From Spirochaetota bacterium (GTDB lineage Bacteria; Spirochaetota; UBA6919; CBDBPB01), in contig CBDBPB010000003.1 in the NCBI GenBank assembly GCA_965208615.1, positions 98,188-162,187 on the forward strand: a stretch of DNA of 64,000 nucleotides, in the 5' to 3' direction. This document shows positions 20,554-31,062 of the stretch, one piece after another. Within the stretch, counting starts at the first letter, position 1; each line of letters begins with the position of its first letter. A program made the position numbers and the translations under genes. A model generated the notes under the pieces. That model was given only the letters and a program-made list of their open reading frames with translations. It did no database searches and was not told the DNA's origin.

Positions 20554-22170
20554 CTAAGCGTGTTCAATATCACAGTGTTGGGATATCTCATTACTAAGGG
20601 TAAAGATATCAGTTTTATTTAGTAGGTGAACATCGTTTTTACCATTAATTCTGGCAATATTTTTAAGTTCCTCTTTTGTGGCATTATAAAAGTTTACAAA
20701 TCTTTTTGTAGACTCTTCTATACTAAACCGTTTTCGTAATTCGTTATCCTGAGTGGCAATTCCAACAGGACACCTACCAGTATGACATATCCTATACTGC
20801 TGACAGCCTATTGATATCATGGATGCAGTTGCTAAAGCAATAGCATCAGCACCCAAAGCTAAAGCTTTTGCAATATCACTACTATCCCTAAATCCACCAG
20901 TAACACATAGACTAACCTTTGAGCCTATATCATCCATATACCTACGAGCACGGGATATAGCAAAAATAGGCGGTAGACAAACATTATCCTTAATATAATT
21001 AGGAGCAGAACCAGTACCACCACCACGACAGTCAATAGTTATAAAATCAGGATTTAAACTCAAAACTCTTTCTAAGTCTTTTTCAATATGTCCTGCGGAA
21101 AACTTAATGCCAATAGGCTTAGGAGTTAATTTTCTTAAGTTGTCCATTTTGTGTTTTAAGTCGTCCAAACAATTAATTCCCTTATGTCTTCCTGGAGCAA
21201 TAAAGTCACTATTTTTAGGGATACCTCTTATTAGTGCAATATCATCAGTAATTTTTTCTTTTGATAAGTGTCCACCCATACCGGGTTTTGCCGCCTGACC
21301 AATTTTAATCTCTATTGCATTTGCTTTTATAATAGCGTTTTCGTTATAAGAAAATGGAGCAGTACCTAATTCATAAACATATATATTAGCATTTTCTTGT
21401 TCTTCGGGCAGCATTCCCCCTTCACCAGAGCATATCATTGTACCAACAAGGCTAGAACCTTTAGCCATAGCAATTTTAGCCTCTTTTGATAGTGCACCAT
21501 AAGACATGTGGGATACATAAAAAGGTATATCCAATATTAAAGGATACTTACTACTTTTTCCGATAACAGTTTTGGTATTGACTGCTTCATCAGCGTTTAG
21601 AGGCATTCTATAAAGCTGGGCTCCCTTAAATAAAATGTAACTCCAATTAGGAAAGGGTTTTTTTGTTCCCATAGGAGTAGTTTCAGAAGTAGATCCCTTA
21701 GCCAGACTTTGTATTTTTGCATAGTTAGGCTCAAGATCATCTTTATACCTAGCCCAATCCTCCAGATACTCATTGCTATGCCTATTCTCAGACAACAGAT
21801 TTTTATCCTTAGGGATTAGGGATACATAAACATCATCACCATTTATCTTAATATCATAGGCGTCAACGCCATCATCATAACCAGGAGGAGCATCGCCAGT
21901 AAAAGGATCAAACTCATACTGATGCCATGGACATACAACATATCCATTTTCAATATTCCCATCAGCTAAAGGCCCATCCTGATGAGAACATACACTAGAT
22001 ATAGCACCTAATTGTCCTTTGTACTTAAAGATAGCAATTTCTTTATTATTTAGTACAAACTTTTTACCTTTTCCTTCTTCAAAGTCGCTAACTTTAGCAA
22101 GATAAATAAAATTATCAAGTTTATCCAAGCTGTTTGAGGCATCTTTATTAGAGGGTTTATCATTGGTCAT
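20554..22170 (-). CDS. Rieske domain fused to FMN-binding glutamate synthase family domain
   Basis: CSHQDGPL...CPWH; MSYGALS, GEGG, EIKIGQAAKPGMGG, CHTGRCPVGIATQD. Confidence 0.9.
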   Translation of the reverse strand: MTNDKPSNKDASNSLDKLDNFIYLAKVSDFEEGKGKKFVLNNKEIAIFKYKGQLGAISSVCSHQDGPLADGNIENGYVVCPWHQYEFDPFTGDAPPGYDDGVDAYDIKINGDDVYVSLIPKDKNLLSENRHSNEYLEDWARYKDDLEPNYAKIQSLAKGSTSETTPMGTKKPFPNWSYILFKGAQLYRMPLNADEAVNTKTVIGKSSKYPLILDIPFYVSHMSYGALSKEAKIAMAKGSSLVGTMICSGEGGMLPEEQENANIYVYELGTAPFSYNENAIIKANAIEIKIGQAAKPGMGGHLSKEKITDDIALIRGIPKNSDFIAPGRHKGINCLDDLKHKMDNLRKLTPKPIGIKFSAGHIEKDLERVLSLNPDFITIDCRGGGTGSAPNYIKDNVCLPPIFAISRARRYMDDIGSKVSLCVTGGFRDSSDIAKALALGADAIALATASMISIGCQQYRICHTGRCPVGIATQDNELRKRFSIEESTKRFVNFYNATKEELKNIARINGKNDVHLLNKTDIFTLSNEISQHCDIEHA

Positions 22171-22281
22171 CTGATAGACTCATATAATAGTTCTAATACA
22201 GTTAATTGTTATATAGCAACTAAGTTAATTATCTACTTAATATTATGGGCAAAATGACGTAATTAATCTTTTTAGTTATAA

Positions 22282-23700
22282 TTATGTTCTATATTCTAGA
22301 GTTTCATGAGTTTCTGATTTAATTATCTGTAAATCTGTTAGTTCCCTAATAAAAATACTAAGCCTATTTACATTACCATTTATATCAAAAATAGGTATTA
22401 CAATAAGCAATACCTTAATATCAAGAATCTCAGCATTAATATAAACAACCTTTCCACTATGAAAAACCTCTTCTATTTTATCTATAACATCCTTAGGATT
22501 ATCAATAGATAAAAAGTCATCAATATGAAACCCAATTAAGTTACCTTCTCTTTTACTAAAGAACTCACAAGCAATATAGTTAGCTTCTAAAATAGTTCTT
22601 TGTTTATCAACTAAAATAGTAGGATCAATAGGGTTTCTAAGTATAGCTTTAATTGAAGTTTCTCTTTTCTCTAAAAGCCTTTCAACTCTGCTTAAGTCTT
22701 TATTATCTTGGATTAAGTTTGCAGTATATAGTTCTAGTTTAGTAGTATAATTATTTAGTTGCTCTTCTTTTTTCTTAAAACTGGAGATATCTCTAATAAT
22801 AGCAATACCTTCATCAGCTTTATTTTTTACTATTCTTATCTCATAATCATAGAGTTTATCTTTTAGCATAAGTTGATAATCAAAGATTTGTAAATGTCCA
22901 GTTTCTAAAGCTATTTTTACATAATCTATAATTTGTTTTGCAACCTCTTTTGGCATAACATCAAAAATCTTTTTACCCAAAAAGTCCGAAGGTGGAACAA
23001 AAGGAGATAATGTACTAACAGGCTTTAACTTTAACATAGTACCATCAGCTTTTACCCTAAAAACCATATCAGGCAAAGCTTTAAAAACAGCATCACCAGT
23101 GGTACTCTTTGAACAAAGAATCTCTAATAACTTATCATATCTAATTTTTGATTCAAACTTGCTTAACAAGTCTTCAGGGGATAGTGAAGCTTCTTTTATT
23201 AAATCCGACTTAAACTTGGACCATCTAATAGGATTACCTTTTTCAAGTTTCTTATCCAAAAGTTTAACAATGCTATGTCCCAAAGGAGTTAAACGAACAG
23301 CAACCCTACGCCTTTTTTTTCTACTCTTATATAAAAACCTAAACTTTTCAAGTTTTCTAATAGCTCTAAGATGAGATTCATAGGCTCTAAGACCTGATTC
23401 ACCTTGTTCAATAATCTCAAAATCACTATCAGGAGAAGGAGCAAGTAATAAAACACGTCTTTCATGCTTTCCTAATCTTACATTAGAAAAGTTTTCAACT
23501 TCGAGTTTCACAGCCTTATTACAATAACTACACGGAAGATATTTAGAAATGACTAGTAAAATTTTATCTTTATCAAAAGGTATATTATTAAAAAGCTTTG
23601 CTAGCTTATAGGATATTAACTCCATAGGCCTACAGACTTTTTGATCAATATCGCAAAGCATTTTTTCAGTATTAAAAGCGTTTATTTGTGAAGATAGCAT
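22282..23700 (-). CDS. Cytoplasmic protein with two PAS domains and an uncharacterised N-terminal domain
   Basis: ALPDMVFRVKADG...LGKKIFDVMP...IIRDIS, a coiled coil, then a second PAS (DPTILVD...ILEAN...IFIRELT). Confidence 0.72.
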   Translation of the reverse strand: MLSSQINAFNTEKMLCDIDQKVCRPMELISYKLAKLFNNIPFDKDKILLVISKYLPCSYCNKAVKLEVENFSNVRLGKHERRVLLLAPSPDSDFEIIEQGESGLRAYESHLRAIRKLEKFRFLYKSRKKRRRVAVRLTPLGHSIVKLLDKKLEKGNPIRWSKFKSDLIKEASLSPEDLLSKFESKIRYDKLLEILCSKSTTGDAVFKALPDMVFRVKADGTMLKLKPVSTLSPFVPPSDFLGKKIFDVMPKEVAKQIIDYVKIALETGHLQIFDYQLMLKDKLYDYEIRIVKNKADEGIAIIRDISSFKKKEEQLNNYTTKLELYTANLIQDNKDLSRVERLLEKRETSIKAILRNPIDPTILVDKQRTILEANYIACEFFSKREGNLIGFHIDDFLSIDNPKDVIDKIEEVFHSGKVVYINAEILDIKVLLIVIPIFDINGNVNRLSIFIRELTDLQIIKSETHETLEYRT

Positions 23701-24152
23701 CGTAATATGACTCCTTAGGTAAAAGTAACACCTGTATAACTTAGATTTATATTATTATATAACACAATTAACATTTTTATTATCTTAATTTTTAGAAGTC
23801 ATAACCTAATTTTAAATAGTTAATATAAAACCAATTCTAACAAGTTGTAATTAATATCTTTATTTCTTTTATAGAATATAAGTTAACCTATAAGTAATAA
23901 TATATCAAATTAAAATAAAAAATAAATGCATATTCTTTAACTAAAATATAAAGTCATATTTATAAAAGGAAATATTCTAGTTAAAAGCAGGTTCTCCATG
24001 CATAATTGAATAGGGAATAATCCAGAATAAATGGTTTTCCTTTTTGATATACTAAATTATTTCAAGCTTATGGCTACTTTACTTTATTCTAAAGTAAAAA
24101 TGTAAAGAAATTTATACAAAAAAGTCAAGTAAAAACTTACATATTATTTAAG

Positions 24153-27100
24153 TTAACCTTTATTTTCACACATCCAGTAACCGCAGAAATAGCAATCAGC
24201 CTTAGAAACTTGAGTTTTAAACGAATTAACGTTTGTAGTTTTTAGTTTACTTTTTAATTCTTCTATAAGAACTTTCATTTCACTTTTCATCATAGCAAAA
24301 TCAACAGAAGAAATAATATCAACACTCTTATTTATGTCAAGAAAGTGTAGGATAGTATGTTCTACCTTAGTAATCATCTCGGATACTGCAATGTAGTACA
24401 GTTTAAGCTGTAAATTATGTTCTGCTATTTTTTTTTCTAGGTTTTTGTTATTCGTAATTTTATTAGTTTTGTAATCCAATAAAGTAAGTCCTTTATCTTT
24501 GTCAAAATAGACCTTATCTATTGCACCCTGTAAATAAATATCCCCAAACTTATATATAAATTCAAACTCATTATAATGTTCTAACGGATACGTTATTTCG
24601 CTTTGTTTTATTTTGTTATAAAAGTCAGAGTCAATAAACGTTTTTATCATGGATTTAATATAATCCATTATTTTTTGTCTATCTTCTTTTTTGGATAAGG
24701 CAGATAGCTTTTGATCGTTTAAATAAGAGAGAACAATACCTTTTAAATTATTACTACTAGCACTAAATTTCTCTAATACTTTATGTACCATATTACCAAT
24801 AAGATTCATAGGAATATTAACAGATAAATCATCATCCAAACGGCCTCCTAGTTTAGATTCAATAGACTCTCTAATCTGGGAGATAAATTTATAATAAAAC
24901 TTTCTTTGACACTTCTCATAAACAACTAGGGCTGTTGGTGATAATATCTTTAACGGAGAGGTATATAAAGCATTTATCAACATAGACGATTTTAATACAT
25001 CAAAATTCAACAGTTTTTTATTTATATTGTTAACTTTTTTAAAGTCACCTTTAACATCCCAAGTAACCCTAAATAAGGTATCACCATTATATCCCTTAAA
25101 GTTGTAATCTTTATTAGTATTTATAGCCTCTTCTAATTGTTTATTCTCCTTAGTAAAAACATAAATAAAATAGTTAAGCCAGCTAACACTATAACTATAA
25201 TCAGACTTAATAGTAATTTTCTTATTCTTAGATAAACTAACTTTTCCAGAGAGAATTAAATAATCCTTAGCACGAGTAACTCCAACGTAAAATAATCTTT
25301 TACTTTCTGCAACTTCTTTTCTTTTTTCCAACATCTTTAAATAATCATACAAATATGAGTTAACAAATTTTCTATTTTCATCCGAATAGCATTTTAAACC
25401 AATACCCAAGTCTGGATGGATTAATAAATTATTATTATTATAAACATTTTTTTTATCAATATTAGCTAAAATAACTATTGGGAACTCCATTCCCTTAGCC
25501 TTGTGGATAGTCATAATATTAACATTATTACTATCATAATGGGATGGGGGATTTTCTTGATAGTCAAAGTTATTAAGGTTTTCTATATAGTCCAACAGCT
25601 CTTTAATAGAAAAGAACCTGTTCTGTTCTAATTTTCTGACCTTTGATATAAAATAATCAACATTATGTTTTTTTTGTTCTCCACTAGTGTGGGATAGTAA
25701 AACAGCAGTATATCCGGTATTATTTATGGCTAGTTTAAGGAGTTCATGGATTTTAAGTTTATCTTTTTTATTAATAATATCTTCTAATACTCCTTTAAAA
25801 AAGATTAGTTTTTCTTTATCTTTGGAGTCAATGTATTCGTTATTATTTATATCAAAAAACCCCTTTAGTAGGCTAGTAGAATTATCTTTATAATTTACAA
25901 GCCAAAAAAGGCCATTATCAGAAATACCGCAAAATGGAGACCTTAATATTCCGCATAAGTTAATAGAGTCTATGTTATCAACTATTTTCAAGAAAGTTAA
26001 ACAATCCACAATCTCTTGTAGTTTATAAAACTCCCTAGATGATACAATAGTATATGGTATACCATAATCTAGTAAAGCTCTTTCGTATGTGGATACATTA
26101 GTCAATGCTCTAAATAATATTGTAATATCTCTATAGTTAACCTTTCTATTTAGTTGATTTTCCTCCACGATGGATATTATTTTTTTAGCTATTTGATTCG
26201 CCTCTTTTTCTTTATCTTCTTGGTGGAGCATTATTTCTACATTACACGAAAGGTCATTCTCTCTCTCTCCTTTTACAGGATTACAATAGTCTACCTCAAA
26301 ATCATCAAATTTCTCATCCATTAGCTTAGAAAACAGTATATTGGTAAAATCGACCAATCCTTTTTGACTGCGATAATTTATATCTAAGCTATAATGTTTA
26401 TTACTGTTAAGGCTGATACTATTTATGAGATTATGAAAAACAGAGATATCCGCTCCTCTAAACTTATAAATGGACTGTTTAGAATCCCCAACAACGAATA
26501 AATTGGGATGACTATCCCCTAGGCTGACCATGTTGGATATAATATCCCTTTGGATTTTATCAATATCCTGAGATTCGTCAACCATTATATATTTATACTT
26601 ATTTTTTATCTCATGTTCTATTACACCCTCGTATGCCTCATCAGATAACAGTTTAAGAGCGAGGTACTGGAGATCATCATAAGTTAATAGTGAATGGTTA
26701 AGCCAATTAGAAAGAATAATATTATCCCCACTTTTAGCTCTGACAGCTAAATTGTTATATAAAGAGATTAGGCTTTTTACCGTTGTATAAATACCTAATT
26801 CACTTTTTATATTCCCATTGTCGATTAGGAACTCTGGCATCCAAAATTTAAGGGGTTCTAGTTGTATAAAAAAATCATTAAACTCTTTTTCTGTCCAATA
26901 TTTTTTATCTGTTTTGTTAAATTTTCTGTTTTTGTATATTTTTTTAAAATCGGGATGAATGTCACCATTTAAGAGAGAGTTAACTATACTTTTGATATTG
27001 CGTAAGTATTTACTAAAAGGTGCATTACCATAATCTGAGAGATTAATATTACAAATATAGTCACAAAACTTTTTAATAGGTTTTAGTTTGATAATTTGTT

Positions 27101-27782
27101 TTAGTCTATAGGTTTTTTCATTTTTTATAAAGGTTTTTAGGTAGTTCAGATAGTCATCTTTAGTATTATACTTTTTATATAGCGGAATAATCTTTTTATC
27201 TATATCAAAGTGATGAAAAAAAAGATTGCTTAACATATTCCTAAGGTTAGGAAAGCCATATTCCATCAGAAGAGATTTTACGTTATCAGTAAGATTATTG
27301 TTTTCTGTACTATCTTTTTCTATCCACTTTGAAAGAGAGTCTTTTATAAATCTATGAAGTTCATATTTTAACTCAGGTTCTTCAATTATACTGAAATCGG
27401 GATTTATACCAAGTTCAATTGCGAAGTCCCGTATGATTTTAGAACAAAAACCGTGTATGGTGGATATATTTGCATGTCTAAAGTCTTTTTTAACTTTTTT
27501 CCAATATTGTTTTTCTTTTCCTATGGCAATTTTAGTTAGGATAAACTTGATAATTCTGGATTTCATTTCTTTTGCGGCTTTTTCAGTAAAGGTAATGGAT
27601 AGAATTTGATTAACAGTTGCCTTTTTTTGTTCAAGAATGTGCATATATCTTTGTGTAAGTACTTCTGTTTTACCTGTACCAGCAGATGCACTTACATAAA
27701 GGTGTTTATCTATTTCATAAACAGCTTTTTGCTGAGTTAAATTAAGGTTTTTAGTTATGGTATTTTTTACATGAGTCAACAT
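24153..27782 (-). CDS. addA: UvrD-family helicase with C-terminal PD-(D/E)XK nuclease (AddA-like)
   Basis: ASAGTGKT, TIHGFC, VDESQD, VGDSKQSIYKFRGAD, MTIHKAKGMEF, RLFYVGVTRA, GAIDKVY...DYKT. Confidence 0.85.
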   Translation of the reverse strand: MLTHVKNTITKNLNLTQQKAVYEIDKHLYVSASAGTGKTEVLTQRYMHILEQKKATVNQILSITFTEKAAKEMKSRIIKFILTKIAIGKEKQYWKKVKKDFRHANISTIHGFCSKIIRDFAIELGINPDFSIIEEPELKYELHRFIKDSLSKWIEKDSTENNNLTDNVKSLLMEYGFPNLRNMLSNLFFHHFDIDKKIIPLYKKYNTKDDYLNYLKTFIKNEKTYRLKQIIKLKPIKKFCDYICNINLSDYGNAPFSKYLRNIKSIVNSLLNGDIHPDFKKIYKNRKFNKTDKKYWTEKEFNDFFIQLEPLKFWMPEFLIDNGNIKSELGIYTTVKSLISLYNNLAVRAKSGDNIILSNWLNHSLLTYDDLQYLALKLLSDEAYEGVIEHEIKNKYKYIMVDESQDIDKIQRDIISNMVSLGDSHPNLFVVGDSKQSIYKFRGADISVFHNLINSISLNSNKHYSLDINYRSQKGLVDFTNILFSKLMDEKFDDFEVDYCNPVKGERENDLSCNVEIMLHQEDKEKEANQIAKKIISIVEENQLNRKVNYRDITILFRALTNVSTYERALLDYGIPYTIVSSREFYKLQEIVDCLTFLKIVDNIDSINLCGILRSPFCGISDNGLFWLVNYKDNSTSLLKGFFDINNNEYIDSKDKEKLIFFKGVLEDIINKKDKLKIHELLKLAINNTGYTAVLLSHTSGEQKKHNVDYFISKVRKLEQNRFFSIKELLDYIENLNNFDYQENPPSHYDSNNVNIMTIHKAKGMEFPIVILANIDKKNVYNNNNLLIHPDLGIGLKCYSDENRKFVNSYLYDYLKMLEKRKEVAESKRLFYVGVTRAKDYLILSGKVSLSKNKKITIKSDYSYSVSWLNYFIYVFTKENKQLEEAINTNKDYNFKGYNGDTLFRVTWDVKGDFKKVNNINKKLLNFDVLKSSMLINALYTSPLKILSPTALVVYEKCQRKFYYKFISQIRESIESKLGGRLDDDLSVNIPMNLIGNMVHKVLEKFSASSNNLKGIVLSYLNDQKLSALSKKEDRQKIMDYIKSMIKTFIDSDFYNKIKQSEITYPLEHYNEFEFIYKFGDIYLQGAIDKVYFDKDKGLTLLDYKTNKITNNKNLEKKIAEHNLQLKLYYIAVSEMITKVEHTILHFLDINKSVDIISSVDFAMMKSEMKVLIEELKSKLKTTNVNSFKTQVSKADCYFCGYWMCENKG

Positions 27783-28076
27783 ATATACAATTTACTATTT
27801 TAAAGTTAGTTTACAAAGTAAAACTGATAGTTATCAGTAAACGTTCCAGGAGTATAATAGAAGTCTATAACTGCTATCTTTTATAGATTAAAGCATAGTA
27901 ATAAATAGTATTTATTTTATAAAAAAACTGTTTTATTTAAAAAAATGAATATTTTTTACTAACTTTATAGGAGTTAATTAAACTATTAAAGATTTTTTTA
28001 TATTTATCTTATTATTACAAGACAAGTTATTGATAATAGCTATATACTAAATATCTTTAAAATAAGCTGGTGAAAT

Positions 28077-28466
28077 ATGAAAAAACGTATAATGTATTCC
28101 TCATTTTTTATAATACTATTTTTATTAGGCTGTAATCATAGTCGTTTTGACCATCTAAGGGATTATGAGGCTCAAAAAGATGTACTTTCTTTAATAGAAG
28201 TTCTAAAAAAGGATAAAGATGACTATATTCGTGCTCAAGCGGCTCAATCTCTTGGCAGGCTTAAGAGTCGGAAGGCTATTCCTGCATTAATTGATTGTAT
28301 AAAGGATAAAAACTGGACAGTTCGGTATTTTTGTGTTCAATCCATCGGAAAGATTAAAGATAAAAGAGCAATTAATCCTCTTAATAATCAAAAGAAGATA
28401 GAAAAGGATGAAAACGTCTTTAGGGAAATAGATAAGGTCCTAAATAGTATTAAAAATTCCAAGTAA
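28077..28466 (+). CDS. HEAT-repeat lipoprotein
   Basis: Lipobox LLGC; RAQAAQSLGRLKSRKAIPALI-type repeats. Confidence 0.82.
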   Translation: MKKRIMYSSFFIILFLLGCNHSRFDHLRDYEAQKDVLSLIEVLKKDKDDYIRAQAAQSLGRLKSRKAIPALIDCIKDKNWTVRYFCVQSIGKIKDKRAINPLNNQKKIEKDENVFREIDKVLNSIKNSK

Positions 28467-28476
28467 AGGAGAAAAG

Positions 28477-29097
28477 GTGATTGAGTTAAGAACATACATA
28501 TTCACTGATTCATTACAATTACAGCTTGCTTCATTTTTAGCTACGGTATCAAAGGGTTATTTACCTGTTGCAGAACAGGCATCTTTGTATATAGAGATAT
28601 CCCCTGGTATTGCTATAAATAGGTTAACTGATGTGGCATTAAAATCTACAGGTGTACGTCCTGGTATACAAATAGTAGAGCGTCAGTTTGGTATATTAGA
28701 GGTACACTCTGATGATAAGGGTGAGGTATTAGCTGCTGGGGATGCAATTTTAAAGGAGTCTGGTCTTGATCAGGAGGATCGTCTTAAGCCAAAAGTATTA
28801 ACCAGTCAACTAATAAAGAATATTGATGATTATCAAGCACAGCTAATAAATAGGGTTAGACACGGTAATATGGTTTTAAGAGGGGATACGTTATTCTTTA
28901 TGGAGATAGATCCAGCTGGATACGCCTTTTTCATAGCTAATGAGGCTGAAAAGGCCTGTCGTCTTAATATAGTTGAGGTGGTTGGACATGGACGCTTTGG
29001 TCGTATGTATATTGCTGGAGATGAGGCGGATATAGTAATTGCTCAAAAAGCAGCTGAAGAGGCAGTTAACTCTATAACCGGCAGAAAAATTAAATAA
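28477..29097 (+). CDS. Bacterial microcompartment trimeric shell protein (BMC-T, CcmP-like)
   Basis: ELRTYIFTDSLQ, EISPGIAINRLTDVALK, VERQFGILEVH, ANEAEKA, FGRMYIAG. Confidence 0.92.
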   Translation: MIELRTYIFTDSLQLQLASFLATVSKGYLPVAEQASLYIEISPGIAINRLTDVALKSTGVRPGIQIVERQFGILEVHSDDKGEVLAAGDAILKESGLDQEDRLKPKVLTSQLIKNIDDYQAQLINRVRHGNMVLRGDTLFFMEIDPAGYAFFIANEAEKACRLNIVEVVGHGRFGRMYIAGDEADIVIAQKAAEEAVNSITGRKIK

Positions 29098-29113
29098 AAA
29101 ATGAGGTAAAAAA

Positions 29114-29416
29114 ATGGCAGAAGGATTTTCTGATGCTTTAGGTATGATTGAAACTAGAAGTTTTGCAGCTATGGTAGAGGCCAGTGATGCAATGGTAAAG
29201 GCGGCAAAGGTTGATTTAGTTGGCTTTGAAAAAATTGGTGGTGGATATGTAACTGCAATAGTAAGAGGAGATGTAGCAGCCGTAAAAGCCGCTACTGAGG
29301 CTGGTAGTAAAGCCGCTGAACGAGTTGGTGAGGTTATATCTGTTCACATTATTCCAAGACCCCATAGAAATGTTGACGAGGTACTTCCTCTTGGACGGGA
29401 AAAAATTAAAAGTTAG
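29114..29416 (+). CDS. Bacterial microcompartment hexameric shell protein (BMC-H)
   Basis: [34 protein letters not shown]. Confidence 0.96.
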   Translation: MAEGFSDALGMIETRSFAAMVEASDAMVKAAKVDLVGFEKIGGGYVTAIVRGDVAAVKAATEAGSKAAERVGEVISVHIIPRPHRNVDEVLPLGREKIKS

Positions 29417-30173
29417 ATTTTTTATTAGTTTTATTTTTATATTGGGCTATATATTTATTTGTAATCTGAGTTTTTCTCAGAATAAGGATAAGTTAAACTT
29501 AAATATTACTAAAGAAGCGTCTAAGAACGAGGATAAAGATAAAGCCAAGAACGAAAATAGTAATAAGTTAAAATTAGATACTCTTAAAACTAAGAAGTCT
29601 AAGGATGATAAAGATAAAGCCAAGAACGAAAATAGTAATAAGTTAAAGTTAGATACTCTTAAAACTAAGAAGTCTAAGGATGATAAAGATAGTAAAGAGT
29701 TAAAGCTTAAGTCTGTAAAGCCTAAGAAAGAGCCTTCTTGGATAGAAATCTATGGAGGCGGTGGTTATTTATTAGAGTTAAACAATAAGGGTTATGAGTT
29801 ATATTTTTCTATTGGGGTACAATTAACAGTTAGTTCTTATTTTGAGTTAAGGTTTGGCATATTCGTCGATGTTATTAATGGTTCACAGCTAATATTAGAG
29901 GATAAAGATTCTATTATTTTTTATGGTATAGAGTTTGGAACTTTATTTTATCCTTATAAAAAGTGGTATATAAAGCCGTTTTTAGGTGCAAATATATCAC
30001 TCACATTATATCCTGGTCTTTTTGTGAAGACTATGGGATTAGTTGGTTTTAAGGTATCCACGGGTAGTTTATTTAATATAAGTTTTAGTTATTCTATTAG
30101 CTATACTACTGCTAATAACTTGGATAGTTTTTTTTCTCATATAGGTTTTGTATATTTCTCTTTTGAGTTATAA
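29391..30173 (+). CDS. Exported protein with Lys/Asp-rich repeat and probable C-terminal beta-barrel
   Basis: Signal-like [21 protein letters not shown], then amphipathic beta strands ending FSFEL. Start uncertain: TTG 29391 after GAGG is preferred over 29325. Confidence 0.6.
   Translation: MDGKKLKVRFFISFIFILGYIFICNLSFSQNKDKLNLNITKEASKNEDKDKAKNENSNKLKLDTLKTKKSKDDKDKAKNENSNKLKLDTLKTKKSKDDKDSKELKLKSVKPKKEPSWIEIYGGGGYLLELNNKGYELYFSIGVQLTVSSYFELRFGIFVDVINGSQLILEDKDSIIFYGIEFGTLFYPYKKWYIKPFLGANISLTLYPGLFVKTMGLVGFKVSTGSLFNISFSYSISYTTANNLDSFFSHIGFVYFSFEL
29532..29691 (+). repeat. 75-bp in-frame tandem duplication
   Basis: Copies start at 29532 and 29607 (one synonymous mismatch), with a partial copy at 29682; encodes [25 protein letters not shown] twice. 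Confidence 0.92.
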
Positions 30174-30200
30174 TATATTTATAGTGTTTAGAAGTTTAAT

Positions 30201-30240
30201 TAAATTAAATTAAATTAAGTTAAATTAAGTTAAATTAAGT
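30201..30240 (+). repeat. Pentanucleotide microsatellite (TAAAT/TAAGT)x8
   Basis: Directly visible, ending 5 nt before the AGGAGG RBS of the next gene. Confidence 0.85.
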
Positions 30241-30255
30241 TAATTAGGAGGAAAC

Positions 30256-30888
30256 ATGAAAAATAGACTAGCATTAGGTATTGCACTATTACTAGTTATA
30301 ATAACAAGTAGTTATAGCTTTGCTGAGTTTGAGATTAGAACTAGTGTAAAAGGAGGTTTAACCTTAAACTGGGTTATAGCTGATATTGATATATCTGATA
30401 TTACTGGAGTTAAAAATAGCTCTACAAGATATTTTACAAGCAACCCATTTTTTACTGGAAATGGTGGAGCATTTGTTGAATTTTCATACCTATTTTCTGG
30501 TTCAATATTCATATATGGTGTTGGACTTGAAATTGGTCTAACGTATAGCGGAAGAGGAATAGATTATGGGGATGGACCAGAAGAAGAGGCTCATTATTTA
30601 GGATTACCTGTTATGTTTAAAATGCGAGGTCCTTTTACAGAGTATCTTTGGGCTGGAGTTGGTATAGTCTATCAGAGGTTGTTAAGCTACAAAAGTTCTT
30701 TTTTACCTAGTCTTAACAAGAATCATTTGGAGCTTATAATTGGATGCGGATTTCAAGTTCCTGTTACTAATACCATTGAAATTGTTGGTGATTTTATAAC
30801 ACATGTGGGTCTAACGCCGTATGCTCAAGATAAAACCAGAACAGTGGGACTCAATGTAATGCTTGGTGTATCTTTTAAGGTTTATTAG
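30256..30888 (+). CDS. Outer-membrane beta-barrel (porin-family) protein
   Basis: Signal peptide, KGGL, YSGRG, HYLGLPVMFK, terminal LGVSFKVY. Confidence 0.75.
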   Translation: MKNRLALGIALLLVIITSSYSFAEFEIRTSVKGGLTLNWVIADIDISDITGVKNSSTRYFTSNPFFTGNGGAFVEFSYLFSGSIFIYGVGLEIGLTYSGRGIDYGDGPEEEAHYLGLPVMFKMRGPFTEYLWAGVGIVYQRLLSYKSSFLPSLNKNHLELIIGCGFQVPVTNTIEIVGDFITHVGLTPYAQDKTRTVGLNVMLGVSFKVY

Positions 30889-30966
30889 GACAGGCTATAA
30901 GTAAGGCATTATAGATTATTAAAACATAATAATCATAGGGTTTACTTAATTTATAACTTTCTATTA

Positions 30967-30998
30967 ATTAGATAGTTTTTTTATTAGATAGTTTTTTT
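30967..30998 (+). repeat. 16-bp tandem duplication upstream of the second barrel gene
   Basis: ATTAGATAGTTTTTTT twice. Confidence 0.7.
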
Positions 30999-31062
30999 AT
31001 ATTTTTAAATATGATTTAATAGTTATTTCAGGAGTTTATTTATAATTATAAGGAGGTGTAAA

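Noticed and set aside
29325-29390. Upstream start of the 282-aa ORF
   Set aside because: It would overlap BMC-H by about 90 bp; the signal-like segment fits a later start.
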